Positions 1 through 12,984 of a stretch of 64,000 bases of DNA are shown here, piece after piece. The position numbers were made by a program, and so were the translations under genes. The notes under the pieces were generated by a model. It was not told the DNA's origin. It searched no databases and worked only from the letters and a program-made list of their open reading frames with translations. This DNA is from the human T2T-CHM13v2.0 reference genome, Homo sapiens: the NCBI RefSeq assembly GCF_009914755.1, contig NC_060925.1; one strand, given 5' to 3'. Numbering within the stretch: the first letter of the stretch is position 1; every line of letters starts with the position of its first letter.

Positions 1-44
1 CAAAAACTGGTGGAGTAAGTACTTTTTTTCTTGTTTTTACTTAG

Positions 45-131
45 ATATTTTATGACCTGGTCAGACAGATAAATAGGAAAACACCAGTGGAAAAGAAGAA
101 GCCTAAAAAGAAATCATGTCTGCTGCTCTAG
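45..131 (+). CDS. RAP1A: RAP1A last coding exon (C-terminal 28 aa plus stop)
   Basis: Polypyrimidine/ttag acceptor ends at 44. Translates IFYDLVRQINRKTPVEKKKPKKKSCLLL*, the recalled Rap1A polybasic plus CAAX C-terminus. The exon continues to the CAG|GTAAG donor at 160/161. Confidence 0.97.
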   Translation: MFYDLVRQINRKTPVEKKKPKKKSCLLL

Positions 132-499
132 GCCCATAGTCAGCAGCAGCTCTGAGCCAGGTAAGATGCTAAAAGCAGAACAAGTGCCTTTCTCATGCTC
201 CTATTTTGGCTTTTTCCAGACTTTAGCTACTTCCCATTTCATCTGTTATGGTATTTGTAAGCTTCTGTAACTTGTAAATGTGATATATAACTTGTAGGTA
301 CGTCATCTGTTGGATAACTTGCCCTCTCCCCTTGAGATTCTAAGCTCTCTGACAGCAGGGACCATTTCTGTTTTTTCTTGCCACTGTGTCCCCAGTGCTT
401 GATACAGAGTTGGGTTTTAAAAAATAGTAGTTGAATGAATAGAACGCCTTCCTAGATGACTCCCAAATTCATTCTTAATTGAAGTGAAACAGTAGTTGC

Positions 500-1110
500 T
501 CTGAAAAAGTTTAAGTGCACATTTGGTGAATTATCCCAAAGTGACATACCCGTATATAACAACAAGAGTCACCCTTCCCCAAATTAAATTAAAACTCTGC
601 CCTGATTTCTAACTCCATGGATTAGTTTTGCCTCTCTTTGAACTTTACATAAACAAAAACGTAGTGTATTTCCTGTGTCTGGCTTCTTGCACTCCAAAAT
701 ATGTTTTTGAGAATTATTTATGTTAAATGTATCAGTAGTTCATTTTTATTGCATGACAGTACTGGCAGTATGTTTATGTATTCTTCTGTTGGTGTTCATT
801 TAAGTTCTTTCTTTGGGGGAATTAGTATGAATAATTCTGTGCACATTCCTATATGTCTTTGTGCACATGTACATGCATTTCTGTTGGGTATATATCTAAG
901 AATGGAATGGCCAGATCATATACTATACATATGGACAGCTTTAGTAGATACTGCTAAAAAGTTTTTCAAAGTGGCTGTACCAGTTTACACACCCTGCAAC
1001 GGTTTTTGAGTTCTACATTCTCCCCAAAATTGATATTGTCAGTCTTCTTAACTTGACCCATTCCAGGAGATGTGTGGTGGTGTATCAGTGTAATTTTGGT
1101 AGTTATTTCC
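500..1110 (-). mobile_element. Old L1 (L1M-type) 3' fragment
   Basis: T-rich text typical of an antisense L1 3' end (tgtgtctggcttctt..., aaagtggctgtaccagtttacac). Boundaries approximate. Confidence 0.6.
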
Positions 1111-1730
1111 CTCTCTGGTATGAGTCAACTTCTTTCAAATAAAGGTTTTCTATTTGGGCTTCTAAGTATTAGTTGACTTTACCATTTTAGTTTCCACTAA
1201 GTGACCCCATTGGAAAGAAATTTATGACAGCATTTAAGCTGACTCTCAAGTGAGAAACCAGGATCTATGGGGACTTTTTTCTTTAATTTGTATTGTATTT
1301 AAATCCCCTGAAGGTTTCTACTTAATCAGTTCTATAAATAATACCATAAAAGATTATTTTCATGGAGTGGATTTATTACATAATTTGGTGCTTATTACAT
1401 GATTATTACTAAACTTGGTCTCCAGTTGGAGTAAACTGGTCCCACTGGAAAGTTGGTTACACTAACTCTTGTAAGTCTCTTGGTCTATTTAGTAGATTAT
1501 CCCTTAAGAGCTCCCAATTAACTACTGTGTGCTTCCTTAGAGATATGAATCTCTCTATTAAGGGAAACACCTGAGTAATTGTAGTTCCTTTTTTAAATGA
1601 AGGTACATAGAGGAAAAATGGGCAGAAAGGAGAAAAGGGCCTAGGGATTATCTCTGGTAGTCAGATTTAGGAAAGACAGCATCTGGCTAATGTTTGCTTT
1701 AGGCTTTTAATGAAATCTTAATTCAATAAC

Positions 1731-2032
1731 TTTTTTTCTTTTTTTTGAGACGGAGTCTCGCCTTGTCACCCAGGCTGGAGTACAGTGGCACACTCTGCTC
1801 ACTGCAACCTCTGCCTCCCTGGGTTCAAGCTATTCTCCTGCCTCAACCTCCTGAGTAGCTGGGACTTCAGGTGTGCACCACCATGCCTGGCTAATTTTTG
1901 TATTTTTAGTAGAGACAAGGTTTCATCACATTGGCCTGGCTGGTCTCAAACTCCTGACCTCAGGTGATCCGATCCACCTGCCTCGACCTCCCAAAGTGCT
2001 GGGATTACAGGCGTGAGCCACCGCGCCTGGCC
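1731..2032 (-). mobile_element. Alu (S-type), full length
   Basis: Poly-T followed by the reverse-complement Alu body. TSD TT(A/G)ATTCAATAACT on both sides. Confidence 0.95.
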
Positions 2033-5000
2033 TTGATTCAATAACTTTAAATCATCAGTTCCCTGAAAGTGATTATTAAGATTACTGGTGTATGTATTTG
2101 TTTAGGTAAAGGTGCAAAGATAGAGAAAATGAAGACTCCAGTTCCAGTTCTTAAATACTATATTATTTAACTCTGTTATAGTTGACTGGCTTATTGACAG
2201 CTCATTACCATGGCTGGCCCTAATTTAATTTCCAGTTCTCACAAAATATCCTTTTAGCTTATGTTAAAGGAAAAGGTGCCATCTCCTGGCCTATTACGAT
2301 TTTTAAAATTCATTTATACACACCCAACAATGTGACAGTCCCTTGTGAGTTTTACCTTAGAGAAGATAAATCTTGACCTAGATCTGGAATAAGACTTTAG
2401 TCTTGCTTGCATAAATTCTTAGACTCTGATGTGTGATAAAGTTTACTTAATAAGTCATCCAAGATCTCTGTGGATGTTTGATAATACCAAATAATAGGTG
2501 ACTTAGCAATCAGACTGCTTTGCATACATTTTAGTGTGATTGTAGATTTGAAGTGCCATGTTGTTCCTGTACTTTTAAAAGTACTGAGATACAGGATAGA
2601 TTTAAATAGAAATTATAAACGTTTTTAGTAAGAGTACATGAACTCTGAGGCCACCTTATCTAGTCCATAGCCTTTAGGCAAAATTGTATTGAATCATGTT
2701 AATCTCCTTTTTATATGTCCCAGTTTTAAAGACATCTGAGAGAAATTCATCATGTGGATTATTTTACCTGATTCTTGCCTGTTGATAATAAGACTAACTT
2801 TGATTCTTCTGCTCTTGACTATGGGGATTAGCTCTTTCTGTATCATCCCTTGCCTTAACCTGTATTAGAAATGGTAATTCTAACATATAATCATAAAATG
2901 CTTGAATAAAGAATATCTTATGGAAAGTTTATGGAGGCAGGTGTGTCCTTCAGTAAAAAAGGAAAGTAAAAATAAGATGGTAATGAGATAGAATAAAAAT
3001 ATCATTGTCTTCCTTTGTACAGACAGGATTGTCAGATGTAATGGGAAACACTATAATTGAGTATAACTAAGTATAACTGAGGATAATTCAAGTTGATCAG
3101 TTATAGACTCCTCTTGTAAACTTCTATTTTTGATTTTTTAAAACATTTTTAAAGGGAATTTAAAATAGCACTGTTACTGTAGCTGTTTAGCATAATTTAG
3201 TTCTCAAGTTATGATCAGCTAAAATCATTATTTTTTTATTTTATTGAATACCTGCTTGTTTAGTACCATTTTCTGACATCAAGAGATTAACCATACATAT
3301 ATGTATATCTGTATCCAATGTCTTAGATTACAGGAATGAAGAACTGTTGCCTAATTGGAAAGTGCCAGCATTCCAGACTTCAAAAATAAAAAATCTGAAG
3401 AGGCTTCTCCTGTTTTATATATTATGTGAAGAATTTAGATCTTATATTGGTTTGCACAAGTTCCCTGGAGAAAAAAATTGCTCTGTGTATATCTCTTGGA
3501 AAATAAGACAATAGTATTTCTCCTTTGCAATAGCAGTTATAACAGATGTGAAAATATACTTGACTCTAATATGATTATACAAAAGAGCATGGATGCATTT
3601 CAAATGTTAGATATTGCTACTATAATCAAATGATTTCATATTGATCTTTTTATCATGATCCTCCCTATCAAGCACTAAAAAGTTGAACCATTATACTTTA
3701 TATCTGTAATGATACTGATTATGAAATGTCCCCTCAAACTCATTGCAGCAGATAACTTTTTTGAGTCATTGACTTCATTTTATATTTAAAAAATTATGGA
3801 ATATCATCTGTCATTATATTCTAATTAAAATTGTGCATAATGCTTTGGAAAAATGGGTCTTTTATAGGAAAAAAACTGGGATAACTGATTTCTATGGCTT
3901 TCAAAGCTAAAATATATAATATACTAAACCAACTCTAATATTGCTTCTTGTGTTTTACTGTCAGATTAAATTACAGCTTTTATGGATGATTAAATTTTAG
4001 TACATTTTCATTTGGTTTGTGTGTTTTTGTTATTGTTTATAGATTAAAGCGTTTATTTTATAATGACCACATTGTTTTAAATGCGACAGTAGCTCCTTTC
4101 TGCCTAGTATCTGCAGAACACTGGCTTTAAACTATACTAAGTAACTGGTGATTTCTCTAGGAACAGACCTCGCACTTTCTGTTCTAAATATATTTATTCC
4201 TACTATACAGTAAAATACATCAGACAACATAGAATAGTTTTGTATATTCTCTCTTGATCTTAAAGATTGTATCTTATTGAATATCCCACTGTATATTATT
4301 TTTATATGTAAAAAGATAAGTTTAATACTGTATCAGGGTTTAACTTTTACTATTTCAGATCTTCCACAGCTTGTAATTTCATCAAGGGAATCCTTTTGCA
4401 TTGTTAATTTGTTGGGTGTGAGTCCACCAATGAAGTGTTATGTGAAAAATTTCAAACTTGCTTTATAATAGATTGAAGAATTTGAGAGAAGTGAGAGAAA
4501 GTTAAAACACATAAAAGGAATGTGTTACTTTTGCTTAAACTACTTATGAAATAGTATGGTAGTAGTAATATGGAAGAGATTGCTAAGTTAAAATTGTAGC
4601 TTCCTATATAGTGGTGCTTTTTCTTTTCCTTCCCAGTTATTTTCCTCTTTACAAAAGATAGGGCTTAAGTAAGACATGGACCCAGGGTGATACTACTTAT
4701 GTAGTCTCTATAAAGAGAGGTAGAACAAAAAGCTTGTTAGCCAATTAAGTTCTGGAAAAGGAAAGAAACAAGCTTAGAAAACCCTGTGCCTTGTCCTCAA
4801 ATATTAAGGAGGAGACAGACCAGTCCTAGAAAGTCTAAGTCATTGCTCAGGGATCTCTAGATACTGTCTCTTTGCAACTAGGTATGAAGAAGTGTTCATG
4901 CCTTGCTGAGATTTTCCAGGCATGTGGTCAGCCTGTCACTTACTAAACTGAAATTTTAAAATCAGGTTTCAAATGTTAAGCTTTGACCAACCTGAGAAAA

Positions 5001-5908
5001 TGTTAAAGTATTGTTTTTAAAAAAATGGAAATTTTTTTTGTTTGTGTTTTTGTTTTAGTTTCGAATAAACTTAGTTACCTTACACTTCCCTTCTACTTAT
5101 CCAATTATGCATATGTCTGGGATTGAGGGGCCAAAACTATAGCGAACTTGAATGAAGTATTAGGGCCAGTTGTCAGGTCAGGGTGGCATCTTTTATTTTA
5201 AGGTCCTCTAAAGTCATTCTGCTTTAAAACACCCCTCAAACATACCTTTAAACTTAAGATCATAGACAGACATCTCATCAACCAGTAAAACTTTCTAAAT
5301 ACTACCTTGTCACATCTATTGTGTAGTTATTTAACAGATTAAATAGAAGTCATTTAATAAGACTCCAAGTCTCAGTCTGCTTGACTAGTAGCATAAACTC
5401 AGTCTATTCTATTTTAGAATGTGGTGGAGAAAGATGATAGTTATTAGATTCCTTTGTCACATCTTACACAGTCCACTTGGGTTAAAGGTGGAACTGTCAA
5501 GAAAAACGCCTTTCTGGCACACAGTGATATGCAGAGCAGGACCAGCTGAAGTCAGATGTGCAAGGAAATCTGTGGTTGCTGAGCAGGATGAAAAGTATCC
5601 TGTTAGAAAGTGAGATAGGTGTGTTTTTATATTGTCCTAATGTGAACTCCTTAGTCTTGGTTCCAAAGGGAAGGGTACCTGAAAATAAATGTATTTTTAT
5701 AGCTGAAAAATCAAGAGTTTCTAGGATATTGTGTGAATGTCAAATGATAAATATCTAGAAACTGATTTCATATTAGTATGTGTGGCTATTTAAAGTATAA
5801 TGACTTTGGTTTGGTTATATGAGTGACACAGAATTTAAGGAGGCTTCATGCCATAGTTCATAGTTTGCTCTAATGGCTTGGTGGTATCCCTGAACAGTCT
5901 ACTTTTAG

Positions 5909-6273
<365 letters not shown>

Positions 6274-7566
6274 CGGTTAATACTTTCATAAGCATTGAAG
6301 TAACTATTTAAGTCCTAGTACATAAACACTGTGTGGTTCACAAAAAGGCATAGAGACATTCTCTCAAGAGTTTACAATCTAATTGGGCAGGGAAGATACT
6401 ACAGTTCATCAAAGATATGAATAACACCCTAGTTTTCTGAACTGCAGCTGCATGGGTAATTATCTTAAGAACTTTTGGCAAAATATGGATGTTGGTGTGT
6501 TACTCTCTTCTCCCTACAACTCTGAGCTAATCTGTGTTTGGCACCTTGATTTGCCATCATAAATGGCCACCATTTACTCCTCACTGAAATATTCTTCTTC
6601 TTTGAGGTTATAATGTACTTGGAAAAGTTAATACTTATAGAAAATAATGATCTTTATTACCAACTTTATTAAAACAGGCTTGGAACATTTTTCTCCATAG
6701 AAGAATAGTAATAAGACATTCTACATTTCCTGGACATGGCCAGTTTAAAATATTTTGCCCCATTACCCTTGTAGATACACATGTATTTGTCAGTTTATGT
6801 GCCTCAGTTTTGTCTTAGGCACTGAGGGACAGAAAGAGAAATAAGGAATACCTTGGTATTTTCCTTTGCAAGCAATCACAGCAGAATGCTAGAAAACATA
6901 AAATATACTCTTATAAATTGTATGTGTGTTGAAACCAAAGTGTGAAGAAATTGTCAGGTATTTGGAGGAGGAAAATAATTTGTAAAATAACCTTTTTAAG
7001 AATTTGGATTTTGTACTTATTTAAGGTGCTAAATATGTGTTAAAATATCCCCTCTTGAATCAGCTCCAGGCTTAAAAGGGCAGAGTGGTTTGGATTCTTG
7101 TCCAGGGTCTGGAAAGAGCTCATCTTGCCGAGAGGGAAATAAATGTGAGCTTTGAGGCGGTCTAACTACCCAGCTTTTAGTATTTATGTTCCCCAAAATG
7201 TAAAAACTGTAAGTTATTCTTGAAAATGTAGTCCAGACATTTCTTTGATCCTGGATTTTACTGCAGTTTCATCATGGGTTTGTTGAATGTGCAGTCCATT
7301 TATTGCCCTGTCTTGCTTAAATATTCTTGTTGAGAACAGCTGGAGGCTTTGACTGGGTTCCTAGTTCTGTTTTCTGGGAAGGCAACGTGGATTCTGTTTT
7401 GTAGACATTAATGAGCTTTAAATGGGAATTGGGGATGATGTATGTTCGTTGGGCATGCTGAGAAGCGGCCTCCTGTGGTTCTGGGCCCAAGGTGTGACAT
7501 ACATTTCCCACTAATTGCTTCTCTCAAGAAGCAAGAGATTGGCTGTTCCTCTTGAGGAAAAACCTT

Positions 7567-7572
7567 AATAAA
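7567..7572 (+). terminator. Distal polyadenylation signal of RAP1A
   Basis: AATAAA followed ~20 nt later by a GU/U-rich tract (tggtgtgactcttattttgagctgttgttt). Confidence 0.65.
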
Positions 7573-7714
7573 CCTTCCCATTTTAAACAGTGGTGTGACT
7601 CTTATTTTGAGCTGTTGTTTTCAATGAATTTTTTTAAAGCTTACCATGTTCAAATTTTTGTGCTGAATGTTGTAGGACATGCAAATCAGAACAGGACATG
7701 ATCCTTAGGGGCCT

Positions 7715-8700
7715 ACCAACAAATATTCATTGCACTTCTACTGTATGGCAAGTGCTGATCTGCATGCCGCGGAAACAACAGTGAACAGTACAGACTCAGA
7801 TCCCTTTCCTCGTGGAGTTTTTATCTTTAGAAAATGGTAAAAGATAACTTGTGTAATGATGAGTGCTTTGAAGAAGAATTAAGCCGTGTAAAGGGGCAAG
7901 AGTACTGGGCAGAGGTGGTGGTAGTGGGTTAATATCTCATTGAAGTTGATACTCGAGTAAGTGTTCAAAGTGAGCAGCCCATGCAACTGCCTGGGGGAAA
8001 GGAGGATTTTCCATTCCTTGGGGAAAGGGTCTGTGCCAATGCCATGAGGTGGACATGTGCCTGGTGTGTTGAAGACTGGCAAGGAGGTCAGTATGGGTGG
8101 AGCAGAGTGAGCAAGTGGGAGAAGAGTAGTAAAAGAGAGGTAATGGGATTGAGTAGGGGGAAATTTCCCACAGCATTTACTCTGTGTTGAGTCCACGGAA
8201 AGGATTTCAGCAGAGGGTATAATGTGATCAGACTCCTCAACCATAATATGCCATCAGGAGTGCTCCGTTGAGCTGAGAATAGCCCGTATGAGGACAAACA
8301 TGAAGGCTGATACCACTTAGAACACGGAATCATGTGAGGGACAGTGATTTGGACCATAGTGGTAGCAGTGGAGTGGCTATATTCTAGGTGTATTTTGCAA
8401 GTGGAGCCAACAGGATTTACTGACACATAAGAGTATAATAGAGAGGGAACAAGGAAGAATCCAAGATTTGGGCCAATAATCAAGATTATGACAGGAGCAG
8501 ATTGGAAGGAGAATGAGGAATGGGCAGGAGTTCCATTTTGAACCTACTATGTGTAAGAAGTGTGTCACATTCTAGAGATTTATAGTAGGCAGTTGGATAC
8601 GAGTCGAATTCAGCAGAAGCAGTCTGGAGAGGACATTCAGTATTTTAAAACATGAAACTATGGAGGATCAGTAGGGTTGAGTGTAGATAGAAAAGAGGTT
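7715..8700 (-). mobile_element. L2 fragment(s)
   Basis: Begins caacaaatattcattg...gtgctg (antisense L2 3' end), followed by purine-rich L2-like sequence. Boundaries approximate. Confidence 0.55.
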
Positions 8701-9143
8701 CCTGAGGAATTCTATCAAGAGGTTGAGAGATGGAGAGGAATTAGAGAAAAACATGGAGGGCACTGGTGACTTTGATGGACTGTGGAATGTTTGGGGACAT
8801 TGTCTGGAGTAGACACAGGAAAAAATGCGAAGAAAAACATTGGAGACATCAAGCATGCATTACCCTATTAAGATGGGTGAAACAGTGCATGTTTCTGAGC
8901 TAAGGGGGATGACCCACTGAGAAGGAAAACAGTAAGCTAAATGGGTGGAGTCTAGTATAAAAGTAAAGAAGCTGACTCAGGAGTGTAGGTGGGCATAGTT
9001 GCAGGAGGGAAAATGGTATATAGGTATAGAGAAGGTCTCAAAGAAGGAAAGTAGTATGAGACGGGACAGATGCTTTCCATTCTGGGAGATTTGAAGTTCC
9101 TCAGAGGGGCGTTTGAAGTAGGCCTTTAAGAAAGGGTGGGATT

Positions 9144-9441
9144 GGCTGGGCACGGTGGTTCACTCCTATAATCCCAGCACTTTGGGAGGCTGAGGTGGGT
9201 GGATCACAGGGTCAGGAGTTCAAGACCAGCCTGGCCAACATAGTGAAACCCCGTCTCTACTAAAAAATACAAAATAAGCCAGGCGTGGTGGCGGGCGCCT
9301 GTAATCCCAGCTACTCGGGAGGCTGAGGCAGGAGAGAATCGCCTGAACCCGGGAGGCGGAGGTTGCAGTGAGCTAAGATTATGCCATTGCACTCCAGCCC
9401 GGGCAATAGTTTAAGACTCTGTCTCAAAAAAAAAAAAAAAA
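9144..9441 (+). mobile_element. Alu (S-type), full length
   Basis: ggctgggcacggtgg...A-tail, with TSD-like aag(g)gtgggatt flanks. Confidence 0.95.
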
Positions 9442-12400
9442 GGTGGGATTTTCAACAGGTGAGAGTAAGGAAGAATATTATAGACAGATTTCCGGAAAAA
9501 GCAAGTGCAGAAAACGGAAATGAACAAGAAGTTATCTAGTTCCATTTAGTGTTGGGAAATGTGGAAGGAATAGGCTGGAAGAATACATTGGGGCCATGTC
9601 ATGGCTGGCCTTGAAACAAGAAGTTAACTATCTAGTAGGTTGAATTAAATATCTAGGGCATAGGAACCACCTCAGTGAGACTTGGTGAGGACAGGGATGG
9701 AGAAATTTCAGACCTGAGTAGCATGAAAATCACAGTTGTAAGGGTTACTCTCTTATGAATTCTGATGGTCCTCTCTTCATTTCTCACTTCCTTTCCCCCC
9801 TTTCTTTAATGAAGATAACCTCTAAGGCCATGACTCCCAGACAAATGTTCCATTTAGAAGGGAACCAGCATTCATTGTTTGGCCCTCAAAGATGTTAAAG
9901 AAGAGAATAATCTCTTTTTCTCGCCCTGTATTCCTGTGCTTCACTTGCCATGATTCTGCTCTTCTCAGACTCTTTAGCAGAGGACGTAGCTCCTACCTGG
10001 CAGGCAGACTGTTGGTATCCTCCCAGTTTTCCTCTCTACTCCTACTTCATGAACAGCATGAGACAGCAGCCCCTCTGTCCCATCCTAGTGATCTACCATA
10101 TCATATTGAGAAGGCTTAGTGGGGACTGTTCCTTATCCACCCCCATCTGTTAGCCGCCAATGTTCCCACCAGGGTCCCATCATCAGACCTCTTGTGGGTG
10201 AGACGAAGGGCACGGGCCACACTTCTCTAGCCGCTGTCATCCTTGCCCTTAGCATCACTAATGTCTCCAGTTGCACAGGTTGGGGAGTTCAACGCAGCCA
10301 CCAGGATCAAGGGAACTCTAAGCATGCAGCCTCCTCAGTTTGGAAAGTAGGATTTGGAATAGTGAGACTAGGCACTGGGACCTGCCTGTCTTCCTTGGAG
10401 AGGGGATACATGTGCATGGAGAAAGAGATGTTTGATCCTTATACTCCCAGCAGGGTCCTGAAGCCCAGGTCAGAAGCTTTGGAATTATTTGGGCCCTTGA
10501 AATCACTGACATAAAGTCTAACTGGGATATGAATTTTATTTTCTGGAATATGAATTGACTTAACAGATGCTTGGAACGTCAGAGCAGGGATTCTAACACC
10601 TGCTTAAGTCAATCTGGCCCATTGCTTACTAGGATAACTCAGCTCCCTAAGCCAGTTGCGTGGTGTGGGAGTGCAAGGGGAGGCCCTGGGCCAGGACATG
10701 GAGGTGATCTGTGTGATGATACTAACTTTGGCACCTCTGCTCAGGGAGCTGAGGCTATGCAGGGATTTCAGTTCAGTTACTCCATTTGCTTCTTTTTTAA
10801 TGCCTATCTGCCCATCCCCCACCCCCCCCTTTCCTACCTCTTCTACACAAATGACTATACTGCTGCTGCCTTACTGGCAGCTCAATCCCTGGTAGGGAGA
10901 CAATGCCTGGAGTGTGGCCAGTAGTGGAGCCGGAGGCAGGGAAGGCGCTGAACACCCAACTCTCAACTTCCTTTCCCACTGCCCTGCCCTGCCCCTCCCT
11001 CCATAATCACAATGATGGGAGGAGAATGTAGCAGACTCAATGTCCCTAGTGGGGCCACCAGCATAGCAAATTAGAAAAAATCTTTGGGTAGGGTAAAACT
11101 GGGACCAGATGTTGTTGCCAAAGAGGACAAGGAGATGAACCCAGCCAGGAAGACGAGTGGAAAGGGATCGAGGAAGAAAGGGAAAAACGTGGAGGATAGG
11201 GTAAAGGTGACTTCCTCTGGAATGGAAATTGGGACCCACTTGGGATTGAGTAGACGTGGGAATTGCCTGTGATCATCTGAAGGGCCTGGGTTCTGGATAG
11301 CCAATAAGAGCATGACAATGGGGACAGGGAGCCAAGTGGGAGGGGTGAGGACTAAGGCTCACCAGACGGCCTACATTAAAATAGAATTGGCCTGGGAGGC
11401 TAGGGTGGAGAAGCCAGAGCACCAGGCCAGGGACAAAGGAGACTGCCCAACAGCTTGGAGAGGGTGCTGGGGACAGAGAGTTTTCCTACTCTCTTGAAAG
11501 TGACTCTGGCCACAGCTCCCCCTCTTCTGGAGAACGGGCTGAGGACAAGAGTGAAAAATGGGCTTTAGGAGGCAGCTAAGGAGGCCTTGACTGCTGGTCT
11601 TCCCTGAAGCAGGAGATGGGCTCAGCCCAGGGCTCACTTTGAGGAGTGGAGGTCACCCGGGAACCCAGTGCTCAGTACTAGAGGTACGGAAATGAGTAAG
11701 GAGTATTTGCCACCCAGGAGGTGCAACAATGTAGAGAGGAAGATAAACATGCACAGAAGTAACTTACATAACAAGTACTGGCAGTGGGGGAACTAGATTC
11801 CTCAGGAAACAGCATATGCAAAGACCTAGTGGCATGGAAAGAACCCAAGCTTGGCACACTCAACCCATCACCTTGGAGGGTAAACTGGGTGGGATCTAAT
11901 TGGGCAGGACTGGGCTAGACACCAGGGAAGACAGGAGACAGGATGAAGTGACAAGATCTCGCAGACAGATCCTGCATTCACTCCTCTGTCCTTCAGACTC
12001 TGAGCAGGAGGTGGCGGTGAGGCAGACGGTGAGGCAGGCGGGGCTCAAGTAGAAGCATGGGAAAGGGCCCAAGTGGAAGCTCGAGGTGAGGCCGGGGGAG
12101 AGCAAGGGAACCACAGGAAAACAAAACTTGATTCTTCTTTTGGATGAGGACAGCTTCCCCTGCAAACCAGCAGTCCCCAGGCAGCCTCAGATGGGCTCCT
12201 GAGACACCCTTCCCTGGCCAGTTGAAGGAAACTGGGATCATCACATTCAGAGTGGAGAAGACTCAAAAAGGGACAAGGCAGACAGCCCAGAGCCAGGTCA
12301 TGGTGGGTGGAGGCGAGTTGGGAACAAGATTGGGTGGGGGTGTAGAGCTCACAGGAGCTGGTTTTTGGCAGTGTTTCTGGTATGTCCCTGTAAAGGGCCA

Positions 12401-12657
12401 GTCATCTTGAAGGACATGCCCAGAGGGGCATATAGGTGAATAGGTTCTGTGAGTGGAAGCCGGGGACTGTGCGCAGCCGTGGCCTGAAGCCAGGCATAGA
12501 ATTCTGCTCTTTCTCCTCAAAGATGCAAGGAAAAGGGAAAGCATATGGTGATTGTCATGGCCCCCTTGTCAAATAAGTATTGCCCCAAACTGTGTTCAGG
12601 GACACACTGCTCCTCAGTGTCCTCTCTGACCAGGAACACAGAGGCATTTTCAGGGGA

Positions 12658-12660
<3 letters not shown>

Positions 12661-12720
<60 letters not shown>
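12661..12720. repeat. (TG)30 microsatellite
   Basis: 60 bp pure TG run. Confidence 0.99.
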
Positions 12721-12721
<1 letters not shown>

Positions 12722-12978
12722 TGGCGGGGACGAGGAGGACTCCAGTGGGAGAGAAGAGTGTAAGAATTCAAGGACTTTGTTTCCGGGACATTGGCAAGGC
12801 CGACTTCATTGGGGCGCCCGTGCATGTGCATGTGTGCTCCGGAACTGGGGTATGTAGATCTGGGGCTTGGAGGGGGTGGACAGAGTGATAGGTCAGGACT
12901 CACTGAAGGGTAGAGAGCCAGGAAGTACGTCCTCTGTCAAATTCAGAGGGAATCTGGAAGAGAGGTTTCATCATACTG

Positions 12979-12984
12979 TTTATT
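12979..12984 (-). terminator. Distal polyadenylation signal of INKA2
   Basis: TTTATT on + is AATAAA on -. The position fits a ~4.9 kb 3'UTR, agreeing with my recollection of the gene span. Confidence 0.6.

Noticed and set aside
12517-12903. ORFs with CVCVCV or HTHTHT runs (also ~15.3, 36.0 and 40.3 kb)
   Set aside because: Microsatellite translations.
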